This document shows positions 1-8,792 of a stretch of 16,620 nt of DNA, in pieces. The translations under genes were made by a program, and so were the position numbers. A model generated the notes under the pieces. It saw only the letters and a list, made by a program, of their open reading frames with translations. It did no database searches and was not told the origin of the DNA. Position 1 is the first letter of the stretch, and the number at the start of each line of letters is the position of its first letter. Source of the stretch: Elusimicrobiota bacterium (GTDB lineage Bacteria > Elusimicrobiota > Elusimicrobia > F11); NCBI GenBank assembly GCA_046153645.1, contig JBJXGI010000076.1:1-16620 (forward strand), given 5' to 3'.

Positions 1-81
1 GGGATTTCACATGTTTTGTATTCATACATGTGAATTATCGCCAAAGAAAAATTAGTTGGAGACGGGGAATGGAGTTTAAAC

Positions 82-435
82 ATGTTCAATTATCAACAGA
101 ATTTACTAATCCATCCCCAATTTGCGATGTCAAGTTTCTTCAGAGGGAAACGAGGTTGGGGCGGTCGAAATACTACCCCTTACGTATTTACAGAACAAGG
201 TGTTGCTATGTTATCTTCCGTCCTGAATAGTGATCGAGCGATTCAAGTGAATATTCACATAATGCGAGCATTTATGAAAATTCGAGAATGGTTAACGACA
301 CATCATGACCTACAAGAACAGATCAAAAAATTAGAAGAGAAATTTGATCGTAAGTATGCGGTGGTGTTTGAAGCCATTCAATTATTGTTAGATGAGCCGA
401 AGAAACCAGTACGAATTAAAGGTTTTGGAAAATAA
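82..435 (+). pseudogene. ORF6N-domain DNA-binding protein, apparently N-terminally truncated
   Basis: QFAMSS..WGGR..PYVFTEQGVAMLSSVLNSDRAIQVNIHIMRAF..IGF-like tail matches the C-terminal half of ORF6N proteins. The usual N-terminal IRGQKVMLD..LA.LY..AVKRN..RFP segment is absent. GGAG at 71-74 precedes ATG 82. Confidence 0.7.
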
Positions 436-440
436 AGCAC

Positions 441-1532
441 CTACGGCAAAAACTTTGAAGGCTTCTTAAGTTTTATGGGTAAATATTTTTCAATAACGTG
501 ATTAAGCCCATGTTTGGCGAAGGCCTGTTGTTCAACACGCACACCCATTTCTAACATTTGTTCAATGGCGGCTTTCCACGGTTTGTGAAATTTGATGAAA
601 GGGTCATTTTTAAGTGCGTCTTTGGCGCGTTTAATATCCACTTCTTCAAGTGGGTGAGTAGCATCTTTTAATTTGTAATCAATAATGTCTTGAGGGGTTA
701 CACCTAAATAGCTGGCTTGTGGAACGCAAAAAAATTGATTTAAGTGCGCGTTATTGCCAGATCCCACTTTGAGGGTGCGATAAATATTGGTGATGCCGTA
801 AGGGTCGCCGTCAACAAAAGCATAGACCGGAAGTTGTTTATCATCAGCCAATCGTCGAATAAAGCGGCGACAAGCGCGTGTGGGAACACCGCCCATTGAA
901 ACCAAAATGCAGTTAGCGGTCGTGTAGTAATTATGTTTGACCAATCGCTGAAACATACCAGCGGTTTCAATGGCCAAAATAAATTTCGCATTGGTTTCGA
1001 ATTTTAATTCCTCGCAGGCGGTTGGGATAGAATAAGAACCGGTTCCAAACTTCGTACAGTCAATTCGAATGTCTTTACCAGAGTCTGGGTCTTTATCGAT
1101 TACAATTAATTTTCCAGCTACGTCGCCGCCTTTTTCTTCTGGAATAAAACCCATTTTTTCGCGATTTAATCTGAAATGCGCTTCGATGTCGTCCATAATT
1201 GTGTCGGATTCAGGTTGTTCGTGGAAACGAGCTTCGCCCCAGTTTTTGGAAACGTAGTAGGCCTCTCTTTTGGTTGCCATATCGTCTTTGCGAACAATTT
1301 CGTGAGAGAGTGCCATCATGCGCATGGTTTGTGCAAATGTTTTGACGGTGTTGTAGGTAAGTGCGCGCTCTTTGACGCGATCACCTATTTCAAAGTAACC
1401 TTTCTTTTTATCGTAGGTCACATTCTCGAGACTACGAATGGGGAAATCCATAGACGGTGCCAACTTTTTGAGAACATCTTGATACACGCGGTTGGCTGCT
1501 TCGTAAATTAACTTTTCGGTTTTTTTATCCAT
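441..1532 (-). CDS. top6A: DNA topoisomerase VI subunit A (Spo11-like)
   Basis: TKREAYY (catalytic Tyr motif), IETAGMF and DGDPYG (Toprim E and DxD), GGVP, EQQA. Overlaps the top6B stop by 8 nt. Confidence 0.96.
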   Translation of the reverse strand: MDKKTEKLIYEAANRVYQDVLKKLAPSMDFPIRSLENVTYDKKKGYFEIGDRVKERALTYNTVKTFAQTMRMMALSHEIVRKDDMATKREAYYVSKNWGEARFHEQPESDTIMDDIEAHFRLNREKMGFIPEEKGGDVAGKLIVIDKDPDSGKDIRIDCTKFGTGSYSIPTACEELKFETNAKFILAIETAGMFQRLVKHNYYTTANCILVSMGGVPTRACRRFIRRLADDKQLPVYAFVDGDPYGITNIYRTLKVGSGNNAHLNQFFCVPQASYLGVTPQDIIDYKLKDATHPLEEVDIKRAKDALKNDPFIKFHKPWKAAIEQMLEMGVRVEQQAFAKHGLNHVIEKYLPIKLKKPSKFLP

Positions 1533-3168
1533 GAGTGGGGGTTTTATCCTTTTCCAAAATATCGGTGAGTAAGTTCAATACACGTTTCTCTTCTTTTTCT
1601 TTGAATCCCAAAATTTCTCGAAGTCCAATACCAATGTGTGGCAAATAAGAACGAATATAATCTTTTTTTCGTTTGGCTTCGGCTTCACGGTAACCGCGTC
1701 GTAAATAAGCATCAAGTCTTCGCCCACATTCTTGTAGGGCCAAACGAATTTCTTTGGTGATCTCAGAATAACCGGCCACGGCTTCTTTTGATTCCGAAGT
1801 AAAGGGAACCCAAACGCTCGCCATGTGAACAGCAATTAAAAGCGGTGCACTGGGTAAAGCACCTTTTGATTGATCAACGCCATAATTTTTCCAAGCTGTT
1901 TGCAAAACACTTTTTGTAATTGCACAGGCCGATTGCTGATATAACAAGGGAACACGATTGGCAAAACGCATTACTTCTGCTAATTCTTCTTTAGGCAGAT
2001 CGCCACCATAAGCCAGCGCCACTTCAATTTGAAAGGGGTTCCCTCGGTAAACTGATGGTGGACGGGTTAAGGCGGTATAAAAATCCGCGTTTAAATTCTT
2101 TTTAATTCCCTGCAGTAAATTACTTTCACCAATCGGAGACAAACAATTGGTGGGGGGATTCATGATTTTAGTCTGGCCGATGGTTTTATGAAGTTTATCA
2201 GCATCACTGTGGGCGATGTCTGTTGGTTTGGCATTTGGATCAATGCCGGCTGTTTTTAAAATTTTCCCTGCTACGTTGGTTGACACACGCGCAAAATCTT
2301 TCGCTAAAAATGATTTGACTGAACGGGCGGACGTGCTTTTGAGCATCTTCATTAAAATGCCAAGTTCCACACCGTGAGGATGCGGTTTAATTTCTTTCGG
2401 TTGAATGGGGAGTGATTTGCTTGCTGGTTTATAATGTTCTTTGGTTCCGTCAGGTCCTTTGTAAATAAGTTCAATGTGTGGGTTGGCTAGTGCCGTTTGC
2501 CTTACGTAATCTTCAACCGAGTGACGACCTTTTTGAAATTTGGCTTCCAGTTCAATATGAACTTTGGTGCCATGGGGTCGGTCCCACTTCACAATTTCAT
2601 CTTTGACCACAGTGGGTAAATTTTTTGCGGTATCAATTTGAATTTCAAAATAATGCGCTGGTTTTTTCGCAGAGATGCGGGAGGTAATTTTTGTCGGTGA
2701 ACCCGTGGTTAACTGTCCATACATGCCCGCGGCCGAGATCCCGATTCCTTGTTGTCCACGGCTTTGTTTCATCGAATGAAATTTCGAACCATAAAGCAAC
2801 TTTCCAAAAATACTAGGTATCTGTTCTTTAACAACACCGGGTCCATTGTCAGTTACAATCACAATAAACCGGTCATTTTCTAATTCTTTAATTTCAACTG
2901 AAATTTCAGGAGAAATTTTTGCCTCTTCACATGCATCCAAACTATTATCTACCGCTTCGCGAACAGTGGTGAGCAGGGCTTTTTTGGCGTTATCAAATCC
3001 AAGTAAATGGCGGTTTTTAAGAAAAAATTCGCTAACGGAAATATCCCGCTGCTTGGTTGCCATTCGATCGGCTTCAGTTTTACCTTCTCCACCCTTCTCC
3101 TTGTGGATTACGGGGGGCTTTTCTTTTGGTTTTTTAATAACAGAAATGGGTTTGATTTGTTTTTTCAT
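1525..3168 (-). CDS. top6B: DNA topoisomerase VI subunit B
   Basis: ISVSEFF.KN.HLLGF, EAVDNSLDA, DNGPG, GKLLYGSKF, SRGQQGIGIS (GHKL motifs), KPHPHG, RFANRVPL, VPFTSESKEA (transducer). Confidence 0.97.
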   Translation of the reverse strand: MKKQIKPISVIKKPKEKPPVIHKEKGGEGKTEADRMATKQRDISVSEFFLKNRHLLGFDNAKKALLTTVREAVDNSLDACEEAKISPEISVEIKELENDRFIVIVTDNGPGVVKEQIPSIFGKLLYGSKFHSMKQSRGQQGIGISAAGMYGQLTTGSPTKITSRISAKKPAHYFEIQIDTAKNLPTVVKDEIVKWDRPHGTKVHIELEAKFQKGRHSVEDYVRQTALANPHIELIYKGPDGTKEHYKPASKSLPIQPKEIKPHPHGVELGILMKMLKSTSARSVKSFLAKDFARVSTNVAGKILKTAGIDPNAKPTDIAHSDADKLHKTIGQTKIMNPPTNCLSPIGESNLLQGIKKNLNADFYTALTRPPSVYRGNPFQIEVALAYGGDLPKEELAEVMRFANRVPLLYQQSACAITKSVLQTAWKNYGVDQSKGALPSAPLLIAVHMASVWVPFTSESKEAVAGYSEITKEIRLALQECGRRLDAYLRRGYREAEAKRKKDYIRSYLPHIGIGLREILGFKEKEEKRVLNLLTDILEKDKTPTHG

Positions 3169-3192
3169 TCCGTAAGATTACTACACCGAGAA

Positions 3193-3969
3193 TTATTCTG
3201 GAAGTTTAAACGTGGCCCATAACACGGTATGGTCTGATGGTTCAGGGGCTTGGCGGGGGGCAAGGTCTACTTGAATATCTGTGCAAGTTTTGGCCAGGTC
3301 AGGGGTTGCTAAAATGTGGTCGATTCTCCAGCCTTTATTGTTTTTGAATGCATTGGCGAACATCGCCCAAAAGGTGTAACTCACCGTATCAGGATATTTC
3401 ATTCGATAAACATCAACGAAACGGTTATGAATGGTTTTTTTGTACGCTTCGCGAGCGGCGATATGAAAGCAAGGGTGATCTTTGTTAGGAATGGGGTTAG
3501 CCAAATCAATGGGTTCAGGGGCCACATTTAAATCGCCTACCCAAATGGTGGGAAGTTTATTTTTTAAATATGAATCAAAATATTTTTGTAGTCGTTCATA
3601 CCAATTTAATTTGTATTCATATTTGGGAGATTCAATTTCGAATCCTTGAGGTATATAGGTGTTTACAATTTGAATTCCACCTATCACAACTTGCAGCAAC
3701 CGAAAATCTTCTGAGTCTGGCCCATCTTGAAATCCATAAATTACTTTTTCTGGTTTTTCTCTGGTGAGTGTGGCAACTCCGTTATATCCTTTCATTCCAC
3801 GAAACGTCACATGATAACCTGCTGCTTGCAGGGGCTGCAGCGGAAAGTCAGTATCCACTACTTTGGTTTCTTGTAAACACAAAACATCAGGTGAGTTTTT
3901 TTTGAGCCAATCTAAAACAATCGGCATGCGTTTACGAATGGAGTTACAATTGTAAGTGGCGATTTTCAT
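3193..3969 (-). CDS. xth: exodeoxyribonuclease III (AP endonuclease)
   Basis: MKIATYNCNSIR, LQETK, YNGVA, GDLN, WRIDH, SDH. Start placed at ATG 3969 (MKIATYN), 7 nt after the upstream stop. Confidence 0.95.
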   Translation of the reverse strand: MKIATYNCNSIRKRMPIVLDWLKKNSPDVLCLQETKVVDTDFPLQPLQAAGYHVTFRGMKGYNGVATLTREKPEKVIYGFQDGPDSEDFRLLQVVIGGIQIVNTYIPQGFEIESPKYEYKLNWYERLQKYFDSYLKNKLPTIWVGDLNVAPEPIDLANPIPNKDHPCFHIAAREAYKKTIHNRFVDVYRMKYPDTVSYTFWAMFANAFKNNKGWRIDHILATPDLAKTCTDIQVDLAPRQAPEPSDHTVLWATFKLPE

Positions 3970-3976
3970 TTTTTGA

Positions 3977-4252
3977 TTACTTTTTGTGTTGTGTTTCAAT
4001 AATTTTTAGTGATTCAGTAACAGAAGTGTTTTTGCTGGGAAGGCAGACCACACGCCCCTTGCCGTATTCTTTGCGCAAAATCGTTAAAACTTCATCTAGC
4101 CATGAAGGACCAATAGCAAGGACTCCAGAGAAATCGAGAGCAATTTTCTCTCCTTGTTTGGGCTTAAAATAAGCTTTGATAGTAAGCCCTGCTTCTTTAC
4201 CCGCTGGCCGAGAAGTAAGAATTTCTCCAAATTTTTTTAAATTTACTTTCAT
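3977..4252 (-). CDS. STAS-like (DUF4325-type) small protein
   Basis: FG..L.SR..G and LDFSGV..IGPSWLDE pattern of DUF4325/STAS-like proteins. ATG 4252 forms an ATGA overlap with the upstream stop (4249-4251). Confidence 0.8.
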   Translation of the reverse strand: MKVNLKKFGEILTSRPAGKEAGLTIKAYFKPKQGEKIALDFSGVLAIGPSWLDEVLTILRKEYGKGRVVCLPSKNTSVTESLKIIETQHKK

Positions 4253-5025
4253 TTTAGTCTCCAAGTCATAAGGGTGAAGGTCCCGTTAACTTTCGAGAAA
4301 TTCTTACTCAGAAGAGCCGCACATTTTTCACCTTGCTCTCCATATTGGACGTGTCCCGTTCCCGAAATACAAGCAACGCCGCACCCTTGAGTTGTTGAAA
4401 GGTTATTTTTAACATATTTCAATCCGTTTCCTCGTTGTTCTGGCGCTCTTCCTGAAATAATTGTTTCAAACGCAGCTTTTAAAGCGGTTTGATCGTCTTT
4501 CAAGTGTTTATGAATTTTGATAAGTGATTGAAAAATACCTTGTCCTCTGTCCGCAATCCAAACCCAAAGATGATGCCCCGTGACTTGTGACTCGAACCAG
4601 CAGCCCGGAACATCTTTCCATTGTCCAAGGTTATGATCAAACGAGTTGTTACCAATTTCACCGATAATAGAAATAACCAAAGGCAAAATATTTTCTGATA
4701 AACCATTGTTCATAAAAGATTTCAAATGAGGCAATCGGGCATTAAAAATTTCTCTTGTTTCGCAAACCCATTGCTGAGGATTTTTGTCAAGAGTTTTGGC
4801 GTTAATCCAATGGGAGACCGCTTCAAAATCCGGTATCCCTGCTAAAGCATAATAAGTTAAGGGGGGTGACCCTATGGCTTCCAAAACTTCTTGTTCAACG
4901 AGGCTTCGTAAATGGCGATGAATAATTTGAGGTGAAATATTCAAGTGTTCTCGTAACTCGACGGGCCTCATTTTTTGGTTTTTTTTTATCAATTCAATGA
5001 TTTCTGATCGCGTTTTGGTTTTCAT
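4249..5025 (-). CDS. winged-HTH + histidine-kinase-like ATPase (HATPase_c) protein
   Basis: N-terminal wHTH (ELREHLNISPQIIHRHLRSLVEQ..L..IGSPP..YY). C-terminal N box EIGNNSFDH, G1 IADRGQGI, G2 RGNGL, GTF. Confidence 0.85.
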   Translation of the reverse strand: MKTKTRSEIIELIKKNQKMRPVELREHLNISPQIIHRHLRSLVEQEVLEAIGSPPLTYYALAGIPDFEAVSHWINAKTLDKNPQQWVCETREIFNARLPHLKSFMNNGLSENILPLVISIIGEIGNNSFDHNLGQWKDVPGCWFESQVTGHHLWVWIADRGQGIFQSLIKIHKHLKDDQTALKAAFETIISGRAPEQRGNGLKYVKNNLSTTQGCGVACISGTGHVQYGEQGEKCAALLSKNFSKVNGTFTLMTWRLK

Positions 5026-5066
5026 AGTTTATAGTTTACTATAAACTATAAACTATATTAATGCAA
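5024..5066 (-). promoter_or_regulatory. sigma70-type promoter overlapped by a perfect 15-bp inverted repeat (putative operator)
   Basis: Minus strand reads TTGCAT(5066-5061)-17 nt-TATAGT(5043-5038)-12 nt-ATG. Plus strand has ATAGTTTATAGTTTA(5024-5038)-CTA-TAAACTATAAACTAT(5042-5056). Confidence 0.75.
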
Positions 5067-5107
5067 CGAGGTTTTCTTAAATTCTCTTTGTTTTCATATG
5101 ATAGGTT

Positions 5108-5890
5108 GTGCGTAAAAAAATAATATTCATTATAGCTTTGGTTATTCTATTGCCGCCGTTATGGTATCTCACTCATTTGCCAAAGACAAGCGAGTTGAAA
5201 ACCACAAATCCCAAAACCTCCGCCATTCGAATTTATCGCGAGGAACAAAAAATAAAAAAAGGGAAAAAGCCGCATTCATCCATGCAATGGCGCAATCTTA
5301 AGGATATATCTCCTTATTTAATTCATGCCGTTATTCTCGCTGAAGATGATACTTTTTATCGGCACCATGGTTTTGATTTTGAACAACTTAAAAAAGCTTT
5401 CCAAGAAAATTGGAAGCGTAAACGTTTTGCTTTTGGCGCCAGCACAATTACGCAGCAGTTAGCACGCACGCTATATTTGTCTTCTCATAAAAATTTACTT
5501 CGTAAAGCCAAAGAAGCGCTGATCACTCGCCGTCTCGAAAAAACATTACCCAAGTATCGAATTCTTGAGCTCTACTTAAATGTTGTTGAATGGGGGCCTG
5601 AAATTTACGGGGCTGAAGCGGCGTCACAACATCATTTTGGTAAATCCTCCATTGCCTTAACGGCAAATGAGGCTATTGCGCTGGCCGCTATTTTGCCAAG
5701 TCCACGAAAATGGAACCCCATGAAGGAAAACGGTTTTATGGGACGGCGAAAATCTATTCTTTATGAGCGAATGGTCAGAGCCCATCACATTGTTTCTGAA
5801 GTTGAGGTAGAAGAGTCAACAGGCTCTGTGGTATCACCTGGAAGCGAAGAGCTGCCTACTGATGAAATCGGCGAATCAATAAAGGAATAA
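5108..5890 (+). CDS. mtgA: monofunctional peptidoglycan transglycosylase (GT51)
   Basis: N-terminal TM segment, AEDDTFYRHHG, GASTITQQLAR, RKAKE, ILELYLNVVEWG, GAEAA, LPSP. No transpeptidase domain. Confidence 0.92.
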   Translation: MRKKIIFIIALVILLPPLWYLTHLPKTSELKTTNPKTSAIRIYREEQKIKKGKKPHSSMQWRNLKDISPYLIHAVILAEDDTFYRHHGFDFEQLKKAFQENWKRKRFAFGASTITQQLARTLYLSSHKNLLRKAKEALITRRLEKTLPKYRILELYLNVVEWGPEIYGAEAASQHHFGKSSIALTANEAIALAAILPSPRKWNPMKENGFMGRRKSILYERMVRAHHIVSEVEVEESTGSVVSPGSEELPTDEIGESIKE

Positions 5891-6870
5891 TGTATTCAAA
5901 GGAAAGAAAAATGAACACTCCAGAAAAATCAAATGAAATAAAACTTATTCGTTTTTATGAAGCACCTGTGAAAGCGGTTTGGGATGCGTGGACGGAACCT
6001 GAACAAGTAGCAAAATGGTGGGGTCCGCGCGGCTTTACTCTCACATCACACAGCAAAGATATTACGACTGGCGGCCATTGGCATTACACGATGCACGGCC
6101 CCAATGGCGCTGATTATGTGAACAAAACCAAATATCTCGAAGTGGTTCCTTATAAGAAACTTCACTATGACCACGGCGGCAATGATGAACGCGCTCCGCT
6201 TTTCCGCGTGACGGTTTACTTTAAAGAAGTGAAAGGCGGAACAGAAATGGACATGACAATGGCTTTAGCGACAGCAGAAGCCGCCGAACAAACACGTCAA
6301 TTTATTAAAAAAGCAGGTGGCGATTCTACTTGGGACCGCTTCGCGGAATACTTAAAACAAAAAGCGAGTGGCAAAGACGTGTTTGTGATTAATCGCAGTT
6401 TTAACGCTCCTATTAATGTGGTGTTCGACATGTGGACTGACCCGAAACATTTTTCACAGTGGTTAGCACCCACCGGTTTTCATATGAAGTTTATTAAAGC
6501 TGACATTCGCCCCAACGGTAAAACATTTTATTCCATGACTGCTGAAAACGGCAGTATGACTCTGTATGGCTGTGCCGAATACTTGAAAATCGAACGTCCA
6601 CACACGTTGGTTTACAATCAACAATTTTGTGATGAACACGAAAATATTTCACACCACCCGATGGTACCCACGTACCCTGAAACCATGCAAACAACGGTTC
6701 AGTTTTCTGAAGAAGGTTCTCACCAAACACGTGTCACTGTAACTTGGGAACCGATTGGTAATGTCAAACCCGAAGAGTTCGCCGCTTTTATACAGATGCG
6801 CGCTGGAATGACTCAAGGTTGGACAGGGTCATTCGATAAATTGGAAGAGTATTTAGTGCACGTCCGATGA
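5890..6870 (+). CDS. tandem SRPBCC/AHSA1-like domain protein (start may be ATG 5911)
   Basis: Two AHSA1-type repeats: R.Y.AP...VWDAWT.PE....WWGP and RSFNAP...VF..WTDP....W, ending GW..SFDKLEEYL. Confidence 0.88.
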   Translation: MYSKERKMNTPEKSNEIKLIRFYEAPVKAVWDAWTEPEQVAKWWGPRGFTLTSHSKDITTGGHWHYTMHGPNGADYVNKTKYLEVVPYKKLHYDHGGNDERAPLFRVTVYFKEVKGGTEMDMTMALATAEAAEQTRQFIKKAGGDSTWDRFAEYLKQKASGKDVFVINRSFNAPINVVFDMWTDPKHFSQWLAPTGFHMKFIKADIRPNGKTFYSMTAENGSMTLYGCAEYLKIERPHTLVYNQQFCDEHENISHHPMVPTYPETMQTTVQFSEEGSHQTRVTVTWEPIGNVKPEEFAAFIQMRAGMTQGWTGSFDKLEEYLVHVR

Positions 6871-6978
6871 ACAGTAATTTAATTTTTGATTTATTGTTGT
6901 TGGTTTTACATTAAATTTATATTCATTGTTTAATCTTTTGGACGAGTCAACATTTAATTTAATCAGGAGATAATTGCA

Positions 6979-7908
6979 ATGAAAGTTAAAATTTATTTAC
7001 TACTAATTATTTTATGTTCAGCACCGAATGTAATACAAGCTCGATATTATGATGCCGCCAATGGACGTTTTATTAGCCCAGATACCATTGTTCAAGATCC
7101 TGTTGATCCCCAAAACTTCAATCGATATGCCTATGTTAGAAATAACCCTCTGATTCTCACAGATCCATCAGGGAATAAATGGAAATTAAGTAACACCTGG
7201 AGCAAAGTTGGAGATTTGTTGAAATCAGTTTTATCTCAATCTCCAGGTCACCCACATTCTGGTGCTTCAGAAAATAGGCCAACGTCTCCCAGAAATCCTG
7301 GTAAGCTTGGAATGCCAAATCCGCGCACTTCTGACTTGTCCTCTCTTGTTACAATCCAACAACTGCCTGTTATTTATTCTGGCCCCACCACAGTTTTCAC
7401 ATGGGCTATAGTTGATTCATTTTCAGATGATTTTTTGAATTCGGGAAGTTATGAAAAATTATCTTCAAATATTTTTGGACATAATGTGAATGAAAAAGAA
7501 AAACGGGCATTGGCTTCATTGATAGGTTTTGGAGGTAGTTATATTTATAGAGCTATTGTTGGTTATTCTGCGACCAGTTATAAAGGAAGAGGATATGCTG
7601 AGAAAGACCCATCTTTAGATGCTGGAATTCAGGGTTTTAATAATATTGGTATTGCTCATATGGGGACTCCTAAAACATTTTTTGATGAAGGTAATTCTTT
7701 CTCGCAATTCTCTAATAATATATTTGGCGTCAATACTGTTGCCGGAATGCATGATCAATTTCAAGTCCAATTAGAAAAACATTGGGGAGTTGGGGCCCGT
7801 GGAAGGTGGAATGCATTTGGAATGCCTATTGCGGCAGTAATGACTTACCCAACATTGGTATGGCACCCCATTTGGCTATATGAAAATGAACTTAAAAATG
7901 GCCGATAA
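6979..7908 (+). CDS. signal peptide + minimal RHS repeat-associated core + putative toxin C-terminal domain
   Basis: AGGAG RBS. Hydrophobic N-terminus, then ARYYD...GRFISPD...NRYAYVRNNPLILTDPSG, then about 240 aa of variable C-terminus. Confidence 0.85.
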   Translation: MKVKIYLLLIILCSAPNVIQARYYDAANGRFISPDTIVQDPVDPQNFNRYAYVRNNPLILTDPSGNKWKLSNTWSKVGDLLKSVLSQSPGHPHSGASENRPTSPRNPGKLGMPNPRTSDLSSLVTIQQLPVIYSGPTTVFTWAIVDSFSDDFLNSGSYEKLSSNIFGHNVNEKEKRALASLIGFGGSYIYRAIVGYSATSYKGRGYAEKDPSLDAGIQGFNNIGIAHMGTPKTFFDEGNSFSQFSNNIFGVNTVAGMHDQFQVQLEKHWGVGARGRWNAFGMPIAAVMTYPTLVWHPIWLYENELKNGR

Positions 7909-7911
7909 TTT

Positions 7912-8514
7912 ATGAATAAATTATATTTTAAAAATTATTTTTTACTGACTATTTTGTTTATTCTGTCGTTACAAGGTTGTACTTTTACTTACTATAGATT
8001 AAGAAATAGCAAAAGTATTAAGTCGGCGACAATAGTCGCAAAGAAGCCTTGTGAGTTTAAGTATTCTATCGATATAGAATATGAACCGCGACTCCTCCAT
8101 GGTCAATATCCTTTTTGGGAGGATGTACCCACAAAGATGGTGGATCGATATATTAAGGTGACCCAAGACGCTTTTAATGAAACGGCTTGCACAGCGCAAT
8201 TGGTGACTGATAACAACCAAGCAAATTTATTAATTTCTGTTTTGTATAGACCATTTTTAAGCGCCTTACCACAGGAATGGCTGACAGGATTATCATTTGG
8301 CTTGGTTCCAAGTTGGGGAACAAGACGCGGAGAATTTGTCCTTACCTTTAAAAATACGATTTCCGATAGGGAAAAAAAGTATTACATAGACAGGCCCGCA
8401 TTTAATCATTTAATTGCATTTCCATTTTTCTGGGTGCCGCTTAATTCAAAAGAAATAATGCTATACAAAAAAGCGCTCATTGATTTTGTTGAAATTGAAA
8501 AATTGAATTATTAA
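7912..8514 (+). CDS. lipoprotein, putative immunity protein
   Basis: Lipobox LQGC after a hydrophobic stretch. Starts 3 nt after the Rhs-CT stop. Same low GC as that gene. Confidence 0.7.
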   Translation: MNKLYFKNYFLLTILFILSLQGCTFTYYRLRNSKSIKSATIVAKKPCEFKYSIDIEYEPRLLHGQYPFWEDVPTKMVDRYIKVTQDAFNETACTAQLVTDNNQANLLISVLYRPFLSALPQEWLTGLSFGLVPSWGTRRGEFVLTFKNTISDREKKYYIDRPAFNHLIAFPFFWVPLNSKEIMLYKKALIDFVEIEKLNY

Positions 8515-8527
8515 GTTTTTATTCTGT

Positions 8528-8756
8528 TTAATTCCAATCATCAATCTTTAAATCGTTCGGTGCAGGTTTGCCTTTTCCTTTGGATAGATTAAAAGTGATG
8601 TGGGTATCAAGCCATTCTTCGGGCCAGCTTTCGCCGTCCACTTAAATCTTTAGGCGAAAGCCATTTTAAGAAAGTGCCACCGACCAATTGGCTCTAATAT
8701 CCCATGCGTTTTTCATAAGCGGCACCGTTATCAAAACGAATTTGATCTGTGGTCAT
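8528..8756 (-). pseudogene. chimeric gene debris: class I SAM methyltransferase N-terminus joined to SRPBCC fragments
   Basis: Hand translation from ATG 8756 gives MTTDQIRFDNGAAYEKRMGY*SQLVGGTFLKWLSP (TAG at 8696-8694). A second frame gives PEEWLDTHITFNLS-KGKGKPAPNDLKIDDWN* (stop 8530-8528). Confidence 0.65.
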
Positions 8757-8792
8757 ATGGGCTCTTTAGAAACCAAAAAATATTACTAAATC

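Noticed and set aside
740..4706. Short alternative-frame ORFs inside top6A, top6B, xth and the HATPase gene
   Set aside because: They lie within or almost entirely overlap well-supported genes and show no family motifs.
8694..8696. TAG recoding (in-frame TAG at a Trp position)
   Set aside because: top6A, the TPR gene and the thioredoxin gene end normally at TAG, and the surrounding fragment is broken in other ways.
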